A stretch of DNA of 32,000 nucleotides from Methylorubrum extorquens (lineage in GTDB: Bacteria > Pseudomonadota > Alphaproteobacteria > Rhizobiales > Beijerinckiaceae), in assembly GCA_900234795.1 (NCBI GenBank), contig LT962688.1:3450001-3482000 (forward strand). Direction: 5' to 3'. Below, piece after piece: positions 24,545 through 32,000 of the stretch. The translations under genes were made by a program, and so were the position numbers. How positions within the stretch are numbered: the stretch's first letter is position 1; the number at the start of each line of letters is the position of its first letter. The notes beneath the pieces are model-generated. The model worked only from the letters and a program-made list of their open reading frames with translations. It made no database searches and was not told where the DNA came from.

Positions 24545-24940
24545 ATGGTGAACGATCCCGTGGGTGATATGCTCACCCGCATCCGCAACGGTCAAAGCCG
24601 TCGCCGCAACGTCGTCCAGACCCCCGGCTCGCGCCTGCGCGCCTCGGTTCTCGACGTGCTGAAGTCCGAGGGCTACATCCGCGACTACGCGGTGCAGGAC
24701 CTCGGCAACGGCCGCACGGAGTTCCAGATCGAACTCAAGTACTACGACGGTCGCCCGGTCATCCGGGAGATCAAGCGGGTGTCGAAGCCCGGCCGCCGTG
24801 TCTACTCGTCCGTTGGCGAGTTGCCGCGCGTCGCCGATGGCCTCGGCGTCACCATCATCTCGACCCCGCAGGGCGTCATGGCCGATCACGTTGCGCGCGA
24901 GCGTAACGTCGGCGGTGAAGTGCTCTGCAAGGTGTTCTGA
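24545..24940 (+). CDS. rpsH: 30S ribosomal protein S8
   Basis: [48 protein letters not shown]... Confidence 0.98.
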   Translation: MVNDPVGDMLTRIRNGQSRRRNVVQTPGSRLRASVLDVLKSEGYIRDYAVQDLGNGRTEFQIELKYYDGRPVIREIKRVSKPGRRVYSSVGELPRVADGLGVTIISTPQGVMADHVARERNVGGEVLCKVF

Positions 24941-24956
24941 TCCGGAGGACAGCGAC

Positions 24957-25490
24957 ATGTCTCGCGTAGGCAAGAAGCCCGTCCCCGTCCCGTCTGGCGT
25001 CACCGCCACGGTCACGGGTCAGACGGTGAAGGTGAAGGGCTCGAAGGGCGAACTCCAGTTCGTCGTCCCGTCCCAGGTGGTCGTCGAGTTCAAGGACGGC
25101 GCCGTCTCGGTGCAGCCCAAGGACCAGTCGAAGCAGGCCCGCTCCCTGTGGGGCACCTCGCGCGCCCAGGTGGCGAACCTCGTCGAGGGCGTCTCCAAGG
25201 GCTTCGAGAAGAAGCTGGAGATCACGGGCGTCGGCTACCGCGCCGCGATGGCCGGCAAGGCGCTCAAGCTCTCGCTCGGCTACAGCCACGACATCGAATA
25301 CGAGATCCCGGCCGGCATCACGATCGTGACGCCCAAGCCCACGGAGATCGTAGTGTCGGGCATTGATCGGCAGCGCGTCGGTCAGGTCGCGGCGGAGATT
25401 CGCGAGTATCGCGGTCCCGAGCCCTATAAGGGCAAGGGCGTGAAATACGCTGGCGAATTCATCTTCCGCAAGGAAGGCAAGAAGAAGTAA
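24957..25490 (+). CDS. rplF: 50S ribosomal protein L6
   Basis: [33 protein letters not shown]... The internal ATG at 24957 lies after GGAGGA and gives 177 aa. Confidence 0.97.
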   Translation: MSRVGKKPVPVPSGVTATVTGQTVKVKGSKGELQFVVPSQVVVEFKDGAVSVQPKDQSKQARSLWGTSRAQVANLVEGVSKGFEKKLEITGVGYRAAMAGKALKLSLGYSHDIEYEIPAGITIVTPKPTEIVVSGIDRQRVGQVAAEIREYRGPEPYKGKGVKYAGEFIFRKEGKKK

Positions 25491-25501
25491 GGGGGGCGAT
25501 C

Positions 25502-25864
25502 ATGTCGAACAAGAACGAAGCCCTCCTGCGTCGCAAGGCGCGGGTCCGTCGGGCCCTCAGAGCTGCCGCCAACGGCCGTCCGCGGTTGTCGGTGTTCCGC
25601 TCGTCCAAGCAGATCTACGTCCAGGTCATCGACGACGCCGCGGGCCGCACGCTCGCCGCCGCGTCGAGCCTCGACAAGGATCTCAAGTCCAGCCTCAAGA
25701 CCGGTGCCGACAAGGCAGCGGCCGAGGCGGTCGGCAAGCTCGTCGCCGAGCGGGCCAAGGCTGCGGGCGTCACCAAGGTCGTCTTCGACCGCTCGGGCTA
25801 CATCTTCCACGGTCGCGTCAAGGCTCTCGCCGACGCCGCCCGTGAGGGTGGCCTGGACTTCTAA
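25502..25864 (+). CDS. rplR: 50S ribosomal protein L18
   Basis: ...[31 protein letters not shown]...[28 protein letters not shown]. Confidence 0.98.
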   Translation: MSNKNEALLRRKARVRRALRAAANGRPRLSVFRSSKQIYVQVIDDAAGRTLAAASSLDKDLKSSLKTGADKAAAEAVGKLVAERAKAAGVTKVVFDRSGYIFHGRVKALADAAREGGLDF

Positions 25865-25954
25865 GACGCCGCGTTCCCTTCCCCTCGCGGGGAGGGGACC
25901 CATCGAGCGAGCGGGTCGTTCCGATCCGCGTCAGTGAGATAACAGGAATCAGAT

Positions 25955-26533
25955 ATGGCACGTGAACGCGAGGGTCGTCGCCGCGACGACCGCGAGGAGC
26001 GCGACAGCGAGTTCGTGGACAAGCTCGTCCACATCAACCGCGTCGCCAAGGTGGTGAAGGGTGGCCGTCGCTTCGGCTTTGCGGCGCTCGTCGTCGTCGG
26101 CGACCAGAAGGGCCGCGTCGGCTTCGGCCACGGCAAGGCCCGTGAGGTGCCGGAGGCAATCCGCAAGGCAACCGAGGCCGCCAAGCGCGGTCTGATCCGG
26201 GTGTCGCTGCGCGAAGGCCGCACCCTGCACCACGACGTCAACGGTCGCCACGGCGCCGGCAAGGTGATCCTCCGCGCTGCTCCGCAGGGCACGGGCATCA
26301 TCGCCGGCGGCCCGATGCGCGCCGTGTTCGAGACGCTCGGCATGCAGGACGTCGTCGCCAAGTCGCTCGGCTCGTCCAACCCCTACAACCTCGTGCGCGC
26401 CACCTTCGACGCGCTCAAGAACGAGGACAGCCCGCGCTCGGTCGCGGCCCGTCGCGGTCTCAAGGTGTCGGCCCTCCAGGCCCGTCGCCGTGACGCCGAC
26501 CCGGCCGACACCTCCGAAGCGGCCGTCGCGTAA
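25955..26533 (+). CDS. rpsE: 30S ribosomal protein S5
   Basis: ...[53 protein letters not shown]... Confidence 0.98.
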   Translation: MAREREGRRRDDREERDSEFVDKLVHINRVAKVVKGGRRFGFAALVVVGDQKGRVGFGHGKAREVPEAIRKATEAAKRGLIRVSLREGRTLHHDVNGRHGAGKVILRAAPQGTGIIAGGPMRAVFETLGMQDVVAKSLGSSNPYNLVRATFDALKNEDSPRSVAARRGLKVSALQARRRDADPADTSEAAVA

Positions 26534-26544
26534 GGGAGGGCAGC

Positions 26545-26739
26545 ATGGCAACCAAGACTGTCCGCATCGAGCAGATCGGCTCGCCGATCCGCCGCGAGGC
26601 CTCCCAGCGTGCGACGCTGGTCGGCCTTAAGCTGAACAAGCTGCACCGCGTTTCCGAGCTGGAGGACACTCCCTCGGTTCGCGGAATGATCCGCAAGGTC
26701 GCGCACCTCGTGCGCGTCCTCGACGACGCCGCGGCGTGA
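26545..26739 (+). CDS. rpmD: 50S ribosomal protein L30
   Basis: [58 protein letters not shown]. Confidence 0.97.
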   Translation: MATKTVRIEQIGSPIRREASQRATLVGLKLNKLHRVSELEDTPSVRGMIRKVAHLVRVLDDAAA

Positions 26740-26752
26740 GGAGGGCTCCACC

Positions 26753-27262
26753 ATGAAGCTCAACGAGATCCGCGATAACGAAGGGGCCACCAAGGCCCGC
26801 ATGCGCGTCGGCCGGGGCATCGGCTCCGGCAAGGGCAAGACCGGTGGCCGCGGCGTCAAGGGTCAGAAGGCCCGGAGCGGCGTGTCTATCAAGGGCTTCG
26901 AGGGCGGTCAGATGCCGCTGCATCGTCGCCTGCCCAAGCGCGGCTTCAACAACATCCACGCCCATGACCTGAACGAGGTGAATCTCGGCCGGGTGCAGCA
27001 GGCAGTGGATGCCGGCAAGCTCGACGCGAACGCCGCCGTCACGGTCGAAGCGCTGGTCAAGGCCGGGATCATTTCCCGCGCCCGCGACGGCGTGAAGCTG
27101 CTCGGTGTCGGCGAGCTGACCTCGAAGCTCAGCTTCGAAGTGACCCGCGCCTCCAAGTCGGCCATCGAGGCCGTCGAGAAGGCTGGCGGTTCGGTGACCA
27201 CGACCTTCGCTGCCGGCGTCGCCCATCGCGGCGCGGCGGAAGGCGCGGTTGCGTCGGCCTGA
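26753..27262 (+). CDS. rplO: 50S ribosomal protein L15
   Basis: [43 protein letters not shown]...[15 protein letters not shown]. Confidence 0.98.
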   Translation: MKLNEIRDNEGATKARMRVGRGIGSGKGKTGGRGVKGQKARSGVSIKGFEGGQMPLHRRLPKRGFNNIHAHDLNEVNLGRVQQAVDAGKLDANAAVTVEALVKAGIISRARDGVKLLGVGELTSKLSFEVTRASKSAIEAVEKAGGSVTTTFAAGVAHRGAAEGAVASA

Positions 27263-27286
27263 CACCACGATTAAGTCGAACGCCGA

Positions 27287-27319
27287 AGCGGCGGCCCGTG
27301 CTCGCACGCGGCCGCCGCT
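27287..27319 (+). terminator. GC-rich hairpin between rplO and secY (attenuator or terminator-like)
   Basis: AGCGGCGGCC-CGTGC-TC-GCACG-C-GGCCGCCGCT followed by TTCGCTTTC. Confidence 0.35.
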
Positions 27320-27376
27320 TTCGCTTTCAGGGACCGTTCGAGACGCGTCCCGACGGCAATTCCTGGGATACGAGAC

Positions 27377-28720
27377 ATGGCCTCAGCCGCCGAACAGCTT
27401 GCCGCAAACCTGAATTTCGGCGCCATCGCCAAGGCCGACGAGCTTAAGAAGCGCATCTGGTTCACCCTGGGCGCGCTCATCGTGTTCCGGCTCGGCACCT
27501 ACATCCCGATTCCGGGCATCGACCCGGAGCAGTTCGCGCGGAACTTCCAGAACCAGGCCGGCGGCGTGCTCGGCATGTTCAACATGTTCTCCGGCGGTGC
27601 CGTCGAGCGCATGGCGGTCTTCGCGCTCAACATCATGCCCTACATCTCGGCCTCGATCATCGTTCAGCTGCTGACCTCGGTCGTGCCGACCCTGGAGGCG
27701 CTGAAGAAAGAGGGCGAGTCGGGCCGCAAGGTCATCAACCAGTACACCCGCTACCTCACGGTGGTGCTAGCACTGGTCCAATCCTGGGGCATCGCCTTCG
27801 GCCTGCAGGGCTCGAACGCGGTCATCACCCCGGGCCCGTTCTTCATCCTCTCCACCGTCGTGACGCTGACCGGCGGCACGCTGTTCCTGATGTGGATCGG
27901 CGAGCAGATCACCTCGCGCGGCATCGGTAACGGCTCCTCGCTCATCATCTTCGCCGGGATCGTCGCCCACCTGCCGGCCTCGATCTTCGGCGCGCTCGAA
28001 CTCACCCGCACCGGTGCGCTCTCGCCCGCCGTGCTGCTCGGCGCCGGCCTCGCGGCAGTCGCGCTGATCTACTTCATCGTGTTCATGGAGCGCGCCCAGC
28101 GCCGCCTCCTGATCAACTACCCCAAGCGCCAGGTCGGCAACCGCATGTACGAGGGCCAGTCCTCGTTCCTGCCGCTCAAGCTCAACACCTCCGGCGTGAT
28201 CCCGCCGATCTTCGCGTCGTCGCTGCTGCTGCTGCCGACGACGGTGGCGAGCTTCTCGGCCAACCAGGGCTCGACCGGCATCCTCGGCACGCTGACGGCC
28301 TATCTCGGCCACGGACGGCCGCTCTACATGGTCGCCTATGCCGGCCTGATCATCTTCTTCACGTTCTTCTACACGGCGATCGTCTTCAATCCGCAGGAGA
28401 CCGCCGACAACCTGAAGAAGCAGGGCGGCTTCATCCCCGGTATCCGTCCGGGCGAGCGGACCGCGGCCTTCATCGACAAGGTGCTGACGCGCATCACGGT
28501 GATCGGTGCGGCCTACCTCACCTTCGTCTGCCTCGTGCCGGAGATCGTCGCCTCCTACACCTCGGCGGCGCTGGGCTTCGGCGGCACCTCGCTGCTGATC
28601 GTGGTCTCGGTCACCATGGATACGGTGGCGCAGATCCACGGGCACCTGATGGCGCATCAGTACGAGGGCCTCGTGAAGAAGGCCAAGCTGCGCGGCGCCT
28701 CCACGACGCGGCGGCGCTGA
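27377..28720 (+). CDS. secY: Preprotein translocase subunit SecY
   Basis: 447 aa and multi-TM, with the canonical ...FALNIMPYISASIIVQLL...GEQITSRGIGNGSSLIIFAGIV... Confidence 0.98.
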   Translation: MASAAEQLAANLNFGAIAKADELKKRIWFTLGALIVFRLGTYIPIPGIDPEQFARNFQNQAGGVLGMFNMFSGGAVERMAVFALNIMPYISASIIVQLLTSVVPTLEALKKEGESGRKVINQYTRYLTVVLALVQSWGIAFGLQGSNAVITPGPFFILSTVVTLTGGTLFLMWIGEQITSRGIGNGSSLIIFAGIVAHLPASIFGALELTRTGALSPAVLLGAGLAAVALIYFIVFMERAQRRLLINYPKRQVGNRMYEGQSSFLPLKLNTSGVIPPIFASSLLLLPTTVASFSANQGSTGILGTLTAYLGHGRPLYMVAYAGLIIFFTFFYTAIVFNPQETADNLKKQGGFIPGIRPGERTAAFIDKVLTRITVIGAAYLTFVCLVPEIVASYTSAALGFGGTSLLIVVSVTMDTVAQIHGHLMAHQYEGLVKKAKLRGASTTRRR

Positions 28721-28890
28721 GGCACCCCAAGCTGAGGTGCCCCAAGGGGCACCCTTCGACAAAGGTTTGGTGGACGCGCAGGCCGGAATTGCGCATCACA
28801 GCAGTGTGACGACGGCGCGGCCTCAGGAAGGTGGGCGCGCCGCCCATGAAGAACGAGCCCTGCGCTGGGCCTTGAGGACGGGGAGAGGCT

Positions 28891-29493
28891 ATGCGGATCA
28901 TTCTGCTCGGACCGCCGGGTGCGGGGAAGGGTACGCAGTCCGAGCGTATCGTGGAGCGCTACCGCGTTCCGCAGCTTTCGACCGGCGACATGCTGCGCGC
29001 CGCGGTCGCCGCCGAGACGCCGGTGGGACTGGAAGCGAAGGCGATCATGGAGAGCGGCGGCCTCGTTTCCGATGCGATCGTGGTCGGCATCGTCGCCGAT
29101 CGGATCGAGGAAGCCGACGCCAAGAACGGCTTCATCCTCGACGGCTTCCCCCGCACGGTCGAGCAGGCCAAGGCCCTCGACGCCATGCTGGCGCAGAAGG
29201 GCATCGCCCTCGACGCGGTGGTGGAATTCGTCGTCGACGAGACCGCCCTCGTCGGCCGCATTGCCAAGCGCGCCGAGGAAACCGCCGCCCGCGGCCAGCC
29301 GGTGCGGAAGGACGACACGCCGGAGGTCTTCAAGACCCGGCTCGACGCCTACCGGAAGCAGACCGCGCCGCTTTCCGACTATTACGCCGGCACCGGTCTG
29401 CTGCGGAAGATCGACGGCATGAAGCCGATCGATGTGGTGACCGGGGATGTGACCGCCCTCCTCGACGGCTTCCGCGAGACGGCCTCTTCCTGA
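28891..29493 (+). CDS. adk: Adenylate kinase
   Basis: [39 protein letters not shown]...[16 protein letters not shown]. Confidence 0.98.
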   Translation: MRIILLGPPGAGKGTQSERIVERYRVPQLSTGDMLRAAVAAETPVGLEAKAIMESGGLVSDAIVVGIVADRIEEADAKNGFILDGFPRTVEQAKALDAMLAQKGIALDAVVEFVVDETALVGRIAKRAEETAARGQPVRKDDTPEVFKTRLDAYRKQTAPLSDYYAGTGLLRKIDGMKPIDVVTGDVTALLDGFRETASS

Positions 29494-29519
29494 AGCCTCG
29501 CCACGGTGCAGATCGTGAA

Positions 29520-29551
29520 GCCCGCCTCCGTTCTGACGGGGCGGGCTTTTT
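29520..29551 (+). terminator. Rho-independent terminator downstream of adk
   Basis: GCCCGCCTC (29520-29528) pairs with GGGGCGGGC (29538-29546), including one G-U pair, and is followed by TTTTT (29547-29551). Confidence 0.75.
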
Positions 29552-29605
29552 CATGCCGCGGCGACGGTCTCACGGGCCGCTGAACGCATTCCGGTTTGCA
29601 AAGCG

Positions 29606-29634
29606 TTGACAAGTCGTCAGGCCCGCGCTAGGCG
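29606..29634 (+). promoter_or_regulatory. Candidate promoter of the rpsM-rpsK(-rpoA) operon
   Basis: A perfect TTGACA (29606-29611) is followed after a spacer by GCTAGGCG, which partly matches the alphaproteobacterial -10 (GCTANAWC). It lies just after the adk terminator and about 190 nt upstream of rpsM. Confidence 0.35.
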
Positions 29635-29796
29635 GACCCCCTTCGTCCAAGCGGGATGTGGTTCGGGGCGCCTCATGGAGCGCGCTTTCGGGCCGATTTG
29701 TCGTTTTGGGCGGCGCGCAGGGGCCGGCCTCCACCGGACGCGCGCTTTCATCCGACGAGGCGTGGCCGATCGGGCCCGCCACATGGAGAGAACATC

Positions 29797-30165
29797 TTGG
29801 CTCGTATCGCCGGCGTCAACATCCCGACCGCCAAGCGCGTCGTCATCGCGCTCCAGTACATCCACGGCATCGGCCCGAAGAAGGCCGAGGAGATCACCGA
29901 GAAGGTCGGCATCCCCGCCGAGCGCCGCGTGAACCAGCTCACCGACGCCGAGGTGCTTCAGATCCGCGAAGCCATCGACCGCGACTACATCGTCGAGGGC
30001 GACCTGCGCCGCGAAGTCTCGATGAACATCAAGCGCCTGATGGATCTCGGCTGCTACCGCGGCCTGCGTCACCGCAAGCAGCTCCCGGTCCGCGGCCAGC
30101 GCACGCACACCAACGCCCGCACCCGCAAGGGTAAGGCGAAGCCGATCGCCGGCAAGAAGAAGTAA
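29797..30165 (+). CDS. rpsM: 30S ribosomal protein S13
   Basis: TTG start 29797 after GGAGAG: (M)[39 protein letters not shown]...; 122 aa. The N-terminal extension in the track is non-coding. Confidence 0.97.
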
Positions 30166-30335
30166 TTTTTTGGCATTCGGAGGCCGTGCTTCGCTCGGCC
30201 TCCTTCGCGTCGCGCCGGATGTCCCGTTTCGGGGGCCGGCGTGGCGGACCGGTCGTTCAAGGCCGCGCCGCCAAATCCCAAAAGAATCCCGAGCGCCTGG
30301 AAGTACGGGCGTGATTGAAGGACGAAAGCGAAAAG

Positions 30336-30725
30336 ATGGCTAAGGAACCGACCCGCGTCCGCCGGCGCGAACGCAAGAACATCGTCTCGGGCGTGGCGCA
30401 CGTCGCCGCCTCGTTCAACAACACGATGATCACCATCACCGACGCGCAGGGCAACACGATCTCGTGGTCGTCCGCTGGCGCGATGGGCTTCAAGGGCTCG
30501 CGCAAGTCGACCCCGTACGCTGCCCAGGTTGCCGCCGAGGACGCGGCCCGCAAGGCCTCCGAGCACGGCATGCGCACCCTCGAGGTCGAGGTCTCCGGCC
30601 CCGGTTCGGGCCGTGAGTCGGCGCTGCGTGCGCTTCAGGCCGCGGGCTTCACCGTGACCTCGATCCGCGACGTCACCTCGATCCCGCATAACGGCTGCCG
30701 GCCGCGCAAGCGCCGCCGCGTCTGA
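30336..30725 (+). CDS. rpsK: 30S ribosomal protein S11
   Basis: [48 protein letters not shown]...; 129 aa. Confidence 0.97.
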
Positions 30726-30762
30726 TCGCACGACACCGGAGCATCCCCGAGCGGAGAAGCCC

Positions 30763-31644
30763 ATGGCGGACGGATCGAAGCCCCTACCCGGCGTGCTGCG
30801 TTGGAACCTCGGCGACCTCACGGTCACCGCGCTCAACGACGGCTGGTTTCAGGGCTCCCTCGATCTCGTCACGGGCATCCCTCGGGACGAGGCCGGCGCG
30901 CTCCAGCGCGCCGGCTTCCGTCCGGAGGCTCCGGTCGTCACGCTCAACGCGTTCCTCGTCACCGGTGCCGGCCGCAAGCCGGTACTGATCGATTCCGGGT
31001 ATGGCCATTTCGGCCCCGACACCATGGGCCGGGTGCCCGCCGCCCTCGCGCTCGCCGGTGTCGCGCCGGAGGAGATCGAAACGGTGCTCCTAACCCATCT
31101 CCATCCCGACCATGCGGGCGGGCTGGTGAAGGCGGATGGCAGCGCGGCCTACCCGAACGCGGAACTCGTCGTGCATGCGACGGAAGCCGCGCATTGGCTT
31201 CCCGATGCGGCGCTGTCGCGGGCTCCGGACGAGGCGAAGCCGTATTTCGAGAACGCCCGCAAAGCAGTGGCGCCCTACGGTGCGCGGCTGCGCAAGCACG
31301 AGGGTGGCGAGCTGGTCTCCGGCATCACCGCCGTTCCGCTGCCCGGCCACACGCCCGGCCATTGCGGCATGCGGATCGTATCAGGGGACAAGTCCCTGCT
31401 GATGTGGACCGACGTGGTGCATATGCCGGCGATCCAGTTCAAGCAGCCGGAGGCGGGTGTCGCCTTCGATGTGGACGGGGATCAGGCGCGGGCGACCCGC
31501 AAGCGCGTGCTCGACGAGGTGGCGACGGAGAAGACCCTCATCGCCGGCTCGCATCTCGAGTTCCCGGCGCTGGGATATGTGACCCGCGACGGCGCGGGCT
31601 ACCGCTTCGTTCCCGCTCTCTGGGTGGCGGGCGAGACGGCTTAG
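30763..31644 (+). CDS. MBL-fold metallo-hydrolase (lactonase-like), 293 aa
   Basis: HxHxDH motif in [12 protein letters not shown], with downstream LPGHTPGH and GSHLEF-type metal ligands. Confidence 0.85.
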   Translation: MADGSKPLPGVLRWNLGDLTVTALNDGWFQGSLDLVTGIPRDEAGALQRAGFRPEAPVVTLNAFLVTGAGRKPVLIDSGYGHFGPDTMGRVPAALALAGVAPEEIETVLLTHLHPDHAGGLVKADGSAAYPNAELVVHATEAAHWLPDAALSRAPDEAKPYFENARKAVAPYGARLRKHEGGELVSGITAVPLPGHTPGHCGMRIVSGDKSLLMWTDVVHMPAIQFKQPEAGVAFDVDGDQARATRKRVLDEVATEKTLIAGSHLEFPALGYVTRDGAGYRFVPALWVAGETA

Positions 31645-31742
31645 ATTTTTTGGGACCGGTCCGGATGCTCCCCGAGCATTCCAGGGCCGGCCGTAGCGCT
31701 TTCCGGGACGCCGGCGGCGTGGGTTTGGCAAGAGGTAGGACC

Positions 31743-32000
31743 GTGGTCATTCAGAAGAACTGGCAAGAGCTCATCAAGCCGAACAAGCTGCAGGTGACGG
31801 CCGGCGACGATCCCAAGCGGGTCGCCACCGTCGTGGCCGAGCCGCTCGAGCGCGGCTTCGGCACGACGCTCGGCAACAGCCTGCGCCGCGTGCTGCTCTC
31901 CTCGCTTCAGGGCGCTGCCGTCACCTCCGTCCAGATCGACGGCGTGCTGCACGAGTTCTCGTCGATCCCCGGCGTGCGTGAGGACGTGACCGACATCGTC
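31743..32000 (+). CDS. rpoA: DNA-directed RNA polymerase alpha subunit, N-terminal 86 codons (runs off the window; not in the ORF track)
   Basis: GTG 31743 after AGAGGTAGG: (M)[85 protein letters not shown]. Confidence 0.95.
   Translation, partial: MVIQKNWQELIKPNKLQVTAGDDPKRVATVVAEPLERGFGTTLGNSLRRVLLSSLQGAAVTSVQIDGVLHEFSSIPGVREDVTDIV

Noticed and set aside
23481-28762. Long antisense or alternative-frame ORFs over the ribosomal cluster (for example 23481..24215, 24464..25015, 25424..25903, 25949..26551, 26627..27307, 27767..28762, 28737..29609)
   Set aside because: All overlap unambiguous ribosomal protein, secY or adk genes and have Arg/Gly/Asp-rich shadow-frame composition.
1-32000. CRISPR arrays, rRNA genes, IS elements with terminal inverted repeats, retron-like ncRNA/RT
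   Set aside because: No regularly spaced direct repeats with unique spacers, no rRNA-like sequence, and no transposase or reverse transcriptase ORF were seen on either strand.

Overview
High-GC (about 65-70% by eye) alphaproteobacterial, probably Hyphomicrobiales/Rhizobiales-type, chromosomal window in three parts. (A) 1..15472 is an integrated mobile island. Its right end is a P4-type tyrosine integrase next to a 3' fragment of a tRNA-Leu-like gene, which I read as attR. Going leftwards on the minus strand it carries an AlpA regulator, a Toprim primase-like gene, a RepA/AAA_25-type helicase, an octamer iteron/palindrome cluster, a small serine recombinase, a terminase large subunit, two small DNA-binding proteins, tail-chaperone-like genes, a tape-measure protein and a DUF2213 head-maturation-type protein. 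No portal, major capsid or tail-tube genes are visible. At about 757-800 the composition drops to roughly 40-45% GC. A 252-codon open frame (STAS-like N-terminus plus GHKL/HATPase_c ATPase) then runs off the left edge; it is absent from the supplied ORF track. The island therefore continues beyond position 1. (B) 15473..22900 holds ordinary-looking chromosomal genes: small secreted and membrane proteins, a PAP2-family membrane protein, a GGDEF diguanylate cyclase and a secreted SNase-like nuclease. (C) 22944..32000 is the spc/alpha ribosomal protein cluster (rplN-rplX-rplE-rpsN-rpsH-rplF-rplR-rpsE-rpmD-rplO-secY-adk-rpsM-rpsK ... rpoA). It has two oddities: rplN is not preceded by rpsQ and the S10 operon, and an MBL-fold hydrolase sits between rpsK and rpoA. 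Many long ORFs in the track are antisense or out-of-frame shadows typical of high-GC DNA and were not called. No CRISPR array, rRNA or intact tRNA was found. The best candidates for something new are the low-GC GHKL/STAS cargo gene at the left edge, the opposite-strand 188-aa gene with a ParB/Srx-like motif beside the iteron cluster, and the satellite-like make-up of the island. All functional calls come from motif recognition by eye, not from database searches.
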